NCBI GenBank assembly: GCA_964016885.1
Contig: OZ024743.1
Coordinates: forward strand, 337,714,001 to 337,778,000
Length of the DNA: 64,000 nt
Direction of reading: 5' to 3'
From: Eledone cirrhosa
Taxonomy: Eukaryota
In this document: positions 56,301 through 64,000 of the stretch, piece by piece
Layout: each line of letters begins with the position of its first letter
Position numbering within the stretch: the first letter of the stretch is position 1
Position numbers and translations under genes: made by a program
Notes under the pieces: model-generated
Database searches by the model: none
The model's input: the letters and a program-made list of their open reading frames with translations, nothing else
Told to the model about the DNA's origin: nothing

Positions 56301-58600
56301 GAGGTAGATGAAACAGTAATATACTCTGGCTGGTTATTCTGTCTATTATGTAGTTGAGGAGGTAGATGAAACAGTAATATACTCTGGCTGGTTATTCTGT
56401 CTATTAAGTAGTTGAGGAGGTAGATGTAACAGTAATATACTCTGGCTGGTTATTCTGTCTATTAAGTAGTTGAGGAGGTAGATGTAACAGTAATATACTC
56501 TGGCTGGTTATTCAGTCTATTAAGTAGTTGAGGAGGTAGATGAAACAGTAATATACTCTAGCTGGTTATTATGTCTATTAAGTAGTTGAGGAGGTAGATG
56601 AAGCAGTAATATACTCTGGCTGGTTATTCTGTCTATTAAGTAGTTGAGGAGGTAGATGAAACAGTAATATACTCTGGCTGGTTATTCTGTCTATTAAGTA
56701 GTTGAGGAGGTAGATGTAACAGTAATATACTCTGGCTGGTTATTCTGTCCATGAAGTAGTTGAGGAGGTAGTTGTAACAGTAATATACTCTGGCTGGTTA
56801 TTCTGTCTATTAAGTAGTTGAGGAGGTAGATGAAACAGTAATATACTCTGGCTGGTTATTCTGTCTATTAAGTAGTTGAGGAGGTAGATGTAACAGTAAT
56901 ATACTCTGGCTGGTTATTATGTCCATGAAGTAGTTGAGGAGGTAGATGTAACAGTAATATACTCTGGCTGGTTATTCTGTCTATGATCTAGATGAGGATG
57001 TAGATGAATCAGTAATATACTCTGGCTGGTTATTCTGTCTATTAAGTAGTTGAGGAGGTAGATGAAACAGTAATATACTCTGGCTGGTTATTCTGTCCAT
57101 GAAGTAGTTGAGGAGGTAGATGTAACAGTAATATACTCTGGCTGGTTATTCTGTCTATGATCTAGATGAGGATGTAGATGAAACAATAATATACTCTGGC
57201 TGGTTATTCTGTCTATGAAGTAGTTGAGGAGGTAGATGAAACAGTAATATACTCTGGCTGGTTATTCTGTCTATTAAGTAGTTGAGGAGGTAGATGAAAC
57301 AGTAATATACTCTGGCTGGTTATTCTGTCTATTAAGTAGTTGAGGAGGTAGATGAAACAGTAATATACTCTGGCTGGTTATTCTGTCTATGATCTAGATG
57401 AGGAGGTAGATGAAACAGTAATATACTTTGGCTGGTTATTCTGTCTATTAAGTAGTTGAGGAGGTAGATGAAACAGTAATATACTCTGGCTGGTTATTCT
57501 GTCTATGATCTAGATGAGGAGGTAGATGAAACAGTAATATACTCTGGCTGGTTATTCTGTCTATTAAGTAGTTGAGGAGGTAGATGAAACAGTAATATAC
57601 TCTGGCTGGTTATTCTGTCTATGATCTAGATGAGGAGGTAGATGAAACAGTAATATACTCTGGCTGGTTATTCTGTCTATTAAGTAGTTGAGGAGGTAGA
57701 TGAAACAGTAATATACTCTGGCTGGTTATTCTGTCTATTAAGTAGTTGAGGAGGTAGATGAAACAGTAATATCCTCTGGCTGGTTATTCTGTCTATGATC
57801 CAGATGAGGATGTAGATGAAACAGTAATATACTCTGGCTGGTTATTCTGTCTATTAAGTAGTTGAGGAGGTAGATGAAACAGTAATATACTCTGGCTGGT
57901 TATTCTGTCTATAAAGTAGTTGAGGAGGTAGATGAAACAGTAATATACTCTGGCTGGTTATTCTGTCTATGATCTAGATGAGGATGTAGATGAAACAGTA
58001 ATATACTCTGGCTGGTTATTCTGTCTATTAAGTAGTTGAGGAGGTAGATGAAACAGTAATATACTCTGGCTGGTTATTCTGTCTATTAAGTAGTTGAGGA
58101 GGTAGATGTAATAGTAATATACTCTGGCTGGTTATTCTGTCTATTAAATAGTTGAGGAGGTAGATGAAACAGTAATATACTCTGGCTGGTTATTCTGTCT
58201 ATTATGTAGTTGAGGAGGTAGATGAAACAGTAATATACTCTGGCTGGTTATTCTGTCTATTAAGTAGTTGAGGAGGTAGATGTAACAGTAATATACTCTG
58301 GCTGGTTATTCTGTCTATTAAGTAGTTGAGGAGGTAGATGTAACAGTAATATACTCTGGCTGGTTATTCAGTCTATTAAGTAGTTGAGGAGGTAGATGAA
58401 ACAGTAATATACTCTGGCTGGTTATTATGTCTATTAAGTAGTTGAGGAGGTAGATGAAGCAGTAATATACTCTGGCTGGTTATTCTGTCTATTAAGTAGT
58501 TGAGGAGGTAGATGAAACATTAATATACTCTGGCTGATTATTATGTCCATGAAGTAGTTGAGGAGCTAGATGTAACAGTAATATACTCTGGCTGGTTATT
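47400..58600. repeat. Five interspersed copies of a roughly 1.3-kb variant cassette rich in TCTAGA-type monomers
   Basis: GATCCAGATG occurs at 48057, 49739, 53103, 55945 and 57801 (offsets of 29, 58, 49 and 32 monomers). Each is followed in the same order by CTATAAAG, GTAATAGT, TTAAATAG, TTATGTAG, ATTCAGTC and GAAGCAGT. Confidence 0.88.
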
Positions 58601-61600
58601 CTGTCTATTATGTAGTTGAGGAGGTAGATGAAACAGTAATATACTCTGGCTGGTTATTCTGTCTATTAAGTAGTTGAGGAGGTAGATGTAACAGTAATAT
58701 ACTCTGTCTGGTTATTCTGTCTATTAAGTAGTTGAGGAGGTAGATGAAACAGTAATATACTCTGGCTGGTTATTATGTCCATGAAGTAGTTGAGGAGGTA
58801 GATGAAACAGTAATATACTCTGGCTGGTTATTCTGTCTATTAAGTAGTTGAGGATGTAGATGTAACAGTAATATACTCTGGCTGGTTATTCTGTCCATGA
58901 AGTAGTTGAGGAGGTAGATGAAACAGTAATATACTCTGGCTGGTTATTCTGTCTATTAAGTAGTTGAGGAGGTAGATGTAACCGTAATATACTCTGCCTG
59001 GTTATTCTGTCTATTAAGTAGTTGAGGAGGTAGATGTAACAGTAATATACTCTGGCTGGTTATTCTGTCTATTAAGTAGTTGAGGAGGTAGATGAAACAG
59101 TAATATACTCTGGCTGGTTATTCTGTCTATGATCTAGATGAGGAGGTAGATGAAACAGTAATATACTCTGGCTGGTTATTCTGTCTATGATCTAGATGAG
59201 GAGGTAGATGAAACAGTAATATACTCTGGCTGGTTATTCTGTCTATTAAGTAGTTGAGGATGTAGATGTAACAGTAATATACTCTGGCTGGTTATTCTGT
59301 CCATGAAGTAGTTTAGGAGGTAGATGAAACTGTAATATACTCTGGCTGTTTATTCTGTCCATGAAGTAGTTGAGGAGGTAGATGTAACAGTAATATACTC
59401 TGGCTGGTTGTTCTGTCCATGAAGTAGTTGAGGAGGTAGATGAAACAGTAATATACTCTGGCTGGTTATCCTGTCCATGAAGTAGTTGAGGATGTAGATG
59501 AAACAGTAATATACTCTGGCTGGTTATTCTGTCTATTAAGTAGTTGAGGAGGTAGATGAAACAGTAATATACTCTGGCTGGTTATTCTGTCTATTAAGTA
59601 GTTGAGGAGGTAGATGAAACAGTAATATACTCTGGCTGGTTATTCTGTCTATGATCTAGATGAGGAGGTAGATGAAACAGTAATATACTCTGGCTGGTTA
59701 TTCTGTCTATTATGTAGTTGAGGAGGTAGATGAAACAGTAATATACTCTGGCTGGTTATTCTGTCTATGATCTAGATGAGGAGGTAGATGAAACAGTAAT
59801 ATACTCTGGCTGGTTATTCTGTCTATTAAGTAGTTGAGGAGGTAGATGAAACAGTAATATACTCTGGCTGGTTATTCTGTCTATGATCTAGATGAGGAGG
59901 TAGATGAAACAGTAATATACTCTGGCTGGTTATTCTGTCTATTAAATAGTTGAGGAGGTAGATGAAACAGTAATATACTCTGGCTGGTTATTCTGTCTAT
60001 TATGTAGTTGAGGAGGTAGATGAAACAGTAATATACTCTGGCTGGTTATTCTGTCTATTAAGTAGTTGAGGAGGTAGATGTAACAGTAATATACTCTGGC
60101 TGGTTATTCTGTCTATTAAGTAGTTGAGGAGGTAGATGAAACAGTAATATACTCTGGCTGGTTATTATGTCTATTAAGTAGTTGAGGAGGTAGATGAAGC
60201 AGTAATATACTCTGGCTGGTTATTCTGTCTATTAAGTAGTTGAGGAGGTAGATGAAACAGTAATATACTCTGGCTGGTTATTATGTCCATGAAGTAGTTG
60301 AGGAGGTAGATGTAACAGTAATATACTCTGGCTGGTTATTCTGTCCATGAAGTAGTTGAGGAGGTAGATGTAACAGTAATATACTCTGGCTGGTTATTCT
60401 GTCCATGAAGTAGTTGAGGAGGTAGATGAAACAGTAATATACTCTGGCTGGTTATTCTGTCCATGAAGTAGTTGAGGATGTAGATGAAACAGTAATATAC
60501 TCTGGCTGGTTATTCTGTCTATTAAGTAGTTGAGGAGGTAGATGAAAGAGTAATATACTCTGGCTGGTTGTTCTGTCTATTAAGTAGTTGAGGAGGTAGA
60601 TGAAACAGTAATATACTCTGGCTGGTTATTCTGTCTATGATCTAGATGAGGAGGTAGATGAAACAGTAATATACTCTGGCTGGTTATTCTGTCTATTAAG
60701 TAGTTGAGGAGGTAGATGAAACAGTAATATACTCTGGCTGGTTATTCTGTCTATGATCTAGATGAGGATGTAGATGAAACAGTAATATACTCTGGCTGGT
60801 TATTCTGTCTATTAAGTAGTTGAGGAGGTAGATGAAACAGTAATATACTCTGGCTGGTTATTCTGTCTATTATGTAGTTGAGGAGGTAGATGAAACAGTA
60901 ATATACTCTGGCTGGTTATTCTGTCTATTAAGTAGTTGAGGAGGTAGATGTAACAGTAATATACTCTGGCTGGTTATTCTGTCTATTAAGTAGTTGAGGA
61001 TGTTGATGTAACAGTAATATACTCTGGCTGGTTATTCTGTCTATTAAGTAGTTGAGGAGGTAGATGTAACAGTAATATACTCTGGCTGGTTATTCTGTCT
61101 ATTAAGTAGTTGAGGAGGTAGATGAAACAGTAATATACTCTGGCTGGTTATTATGTCCATGAAGTAGTTGAGGAGGTAGATGAAACAGTAATATACTCTG
61201 GCTGGTTATTCTGTCTATTAACTAGTTGAGGATGTAGATGTAACAGTAATATACTCTGGCTGGTTATTCTGTCCATGAAGTAGTTGAGGAGGTAGATGAA
61301 ACAGTAATATACTCTGGCTGGTTATTCTGTCTATTAAGTAGTTGGGGAGGTAGATGTAACAGTAATATACTCTGGCTGGTTATTCTGTCTATTAAGTAGT
61401 TGAGGAGGTAGATGTAACAGTAATATACTCTGGCTGGTTATTCTGTCTATTAAGTAGTTGAGGAGGTAGATGAAACAGTAATATACTCTGGCTGGTTATT
61501 ATGTCCATGAAGTAGTTGAGGAGGTAGATGAAACAGTAATATACTCTGGCTGGTTATTCTGTCTATTAACTATTTGAGGATGTAGATGTAACAGTAATAT

Positions 61601-64000
61601 ACTCTGGCTGGTTATTCTGTCCATGAAGTAGTTGAGGAGGTAGATGAAACAGTAATATACTCTGGCTGGTTATTCTGTCTATTAAGTAGTTGGGGAGGTA
61701 GATGTAACAGTAATATACTCTGGCTGGTTATTCTGTCTATTAAGTAGTTGAGGAGGTAGATGTAACAGTAATATAATCTGGCTGGTTATTCTGTCTATTA
61801 AGTAGTTGAGGAGGTAGATGAAACAGTAATATACTCTGCCTGGTTATTCTGTCTATTAAGTAGTTGAGGAGGTAGATGTAACAGTAATATACTCTGACTG
61901 GTTATTCTGTCTATTAAGTAGTTGAGGAGGTAGATGTAACAGTAATATACTCTGGCTGGTTATTCTGTCTATTAAGTAGTTGAGGAGGTAGATGTAACAG
62001 TAATATACTCTGGCTGGTTATTCTGTCTATTAAGTAGTTGAGGAGGTAGATGAAAGAGTAATATACTCTGGCTGGTTATTCTGTCTATGATCTAGATGAG
62101 GAGGTAGATGAAACAGTAATATACTCTGGCTGGTTATTCTGTCTATTAAGTAGTTGAGGAGGTAGATGAAACAGTAATATACTCTGGCTGGTTATTCTGT
62201 CTATGATCTAGATGAGGAGGTAGATGAAACAGTAATATACTCTGGCTGGTTATTCTGTCTATTAAGTAGTTGAGGATGTAGATGTAACAGTAATATACTC
62301 TGGCTGGTTATTCTGTCCATGAAGTAGTTTAGGAGGTAGATGAAACAGTAATATACTCTGGCTGGTTATTCTGTCCATGAAGTAGTTGAGGAGGTAGATG
62401 TAACAGTAATATACTCTGGCTGGTTATTCTGTCCATGAAGTAGTTGAGGAGGTAGATGTAACAGTAATATACTCTGCCTGGTTATTCTGTCTATTAAGTA
62501 GTTGAGGAGGTAGATGAAACAGTAATATACTCTGCCTGGTTATTCTGTCTATTAAGTAGTTGAGGAGGTAGATGTAACAGTAATATACTCTGGCTGGTTA
62601 TTCTGTCTATTAAGTAGTTGAGGAGGTAGATGTAACAGTAATATACTCTGGCTGGTTATTCTGTCTATTAAGTAGTTGAGGAGGTAGATGTAACAGTAAT
62701 ATACTCTGGCTGGTTATTCTGTCTATTAAGTAGTTGAGGAGGTAGATGAAACAGTAATATACTCTGGCTGGTTATTCTGTCTATGATCTAGATGAGGAGG
62801 TAGATGAAACAGCAATATACTCTGGCTGGTTATTCTGTCTATGATCTAGATGAGGAGGTAGATGAAACAGTAATATACTCTGGCTGGTTATTCTGTCCAT
62901 GAAGTAGTTTAGGAGGTAGATGAAACAGTAATATACTCTGGCTGTTTATTCTGTCCATGAAGTAGTTGAGGAGGTAGATGTAACAGTAATATACTCTGGC
63001 TGGTTATTCTGTCCATGAAGTAGTTGAGGAGGTAGATGTAACAGTAATATACTCTGGCTGGTTGTTCTGTCCATGAAGTAGTTGAGGAGGTAGATGAAAC
63101 AGTAATATACTCTGGCTGGTTATCCTGTCCATGAAGTAGTTGAGGATGTAGATGAAACAGTAATATACTCTGGCTGGTTATTCTGTCTATTAAGTAGTTG
63201 AGGAGGTAGATGAAACAGTAATATACTCTGGCTGGTTATTCTGTCTATTAAGTAGTTGAGGAGGTAGATGAAACAGTAATATACTCTGGCTGGTTATTCT
63301 GTCTATGATCTAGATGAGGAGGTAGATGAAACAGTAATATACTCTGGCTGGTTATTCTGTCTATTAAGTAGTTGAGGAGGTAGATGAAACAGTAATATAC
63401 TCTGGCTGGTTATTCTGTCTATGATCTAGATGAGGAGGTAGATGAAACAGTAATATACTCTGGCTGGTTATTCTGTCTATTAAATAGTTGAGGAGGTAGA
63501 TGAAACAGTAATATACTCTGGCTGGTTATTCTGTCTATTAAGTAGTTGAGGATGTAGATGTAACAGTAATATACTCTGGCTGGTTATTCTGTCCATGAAG
63601 TAGTTGAGGAGGTAGATGAAACAGTAATATACTCTGGCTGGTTATTCTGTCTATTAAGTAGTTGGGGAGGTAGATGTAACAGTAATATACTCTGGCTGGT
63701 TATTCTGTCTATTAAGTAGTTGAGGAGGTAGATGTAACAGTAATATACTCTGGCTGGTTATTCTGTCTATTAAGTAGTTGAGGAGGTAGATGAAACAGTA
63801 ATATACTCTGGCTGGTTATTATGTCCATGAAGTAGTTGAGGAGGTAGATGAAACAGTAATATACTCTGGCTGGTTATTCTGTCTATTAACTATTTGAGGA
63901 TGTAGATGTAACAGTAATATACTCTGGCTGGTTATTCTGTCCATGAAGTAGTTGAGGAGGTAGATGAAACAGTAATATACTCTGGCTGGTTATTCTGTCT

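Larger units (their letters stand above)
1..64000. repeat. Tandem satellite/minisatellite array, 58-bp monomer, 1103 full copies plus 26 bp, truncated by both window edges
   Basis: The monomer restarts at 1, 59, 117 and so on. Every line start at 1+1740k (30 monomers) through 62641 begins with ATATACTCTG or a one-base variant, and the last monomer starts at 63975 (1103x58+1). Consensus composition is A16 C6 G15 T21. Main polymorphic monomer positions are 11 (G/C), 26 (T/C), 29 (T/G) and 51 (T/A). Confidence 0.99.

Noticed and set aside
59246-59581. Minus-strand open stretch of about 111 codons through a monomer carrying A18>G plus C26/G29 (a similar monomer lies at about 63064)
   Set aside because: It arises from chance loss of stops in one monomer, has no ATG near its start, and the peptide is just the repeat read in three frames.
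1-64000. CRISPR array (regular period of about 60 bp)
   Set aside because: There are no unique spacers. The whole 58 bp is repeated with only point variants, and no cas genes or leader are present.
1-64000. Giant repetitive protein-coding gene (mucin- or adhesin-like)
   Set aside because: The unit length is not a multiple of 3. The plus-strand consensus has stops in all three frames (TGA, TAA, TAG), and the minus strand meets a stop about every 174 nt under the standard code.
1-64000. Telomeric repeat or G-quadruplex array
   Set aside because: The strand is G-skewed but has no short telomere-type unit and only GG doublets separated by long loops. A subtelomeric location cannot be judged from this window.
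1-64000. Inversions, transposon insertions or unique-sequence islands in the array
   Set aside because: All monomers read in the same orientation and the unbroken phase leaves no room for a non-monomer insert.
1-64000. Assignment to a named satellite family or species
   Set aside because: I do not recognise the monomer with confidence. A BLASTN or Dfam/Repbase search with the 58-bp consensus dimer is needed.

Overview
The whole 64 kb window is one uninterrupted head-to-tail tandem array (satellite/minisatellite DNA) of a 58-bp monomer. The consensus is ATATACTCTGGCTGGTTATTCTGTCTATTAAGTAGTTGAGGAGGTAGATG(T/A)AACAGTA: 1103 full copies plus 26 bp, 36% GC, G-rich + strand, no CpG. Both array ends lie outside the window. 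I found no supportable gene, RNA gene, mobile element or CRISPR array, and the organism cannot be identified from this sequence. The structure lies in the monomer variants. The 58-bp phase is kept across the window with no net indel. Diagnostic substitutions reveal nested tandem duplications of 15-83 monomers, an older multi-kb super-cycle, local 174-bp trimer and 116-bp dimer higher-order repeats, and a left-to-right turnover of monomer types, with a TCTAGA-containing subtype present only beyond about 39 kb. Marker offsets were counted by hand and block boundaries are approximate. I do not see evidence for a novel gene-based system.
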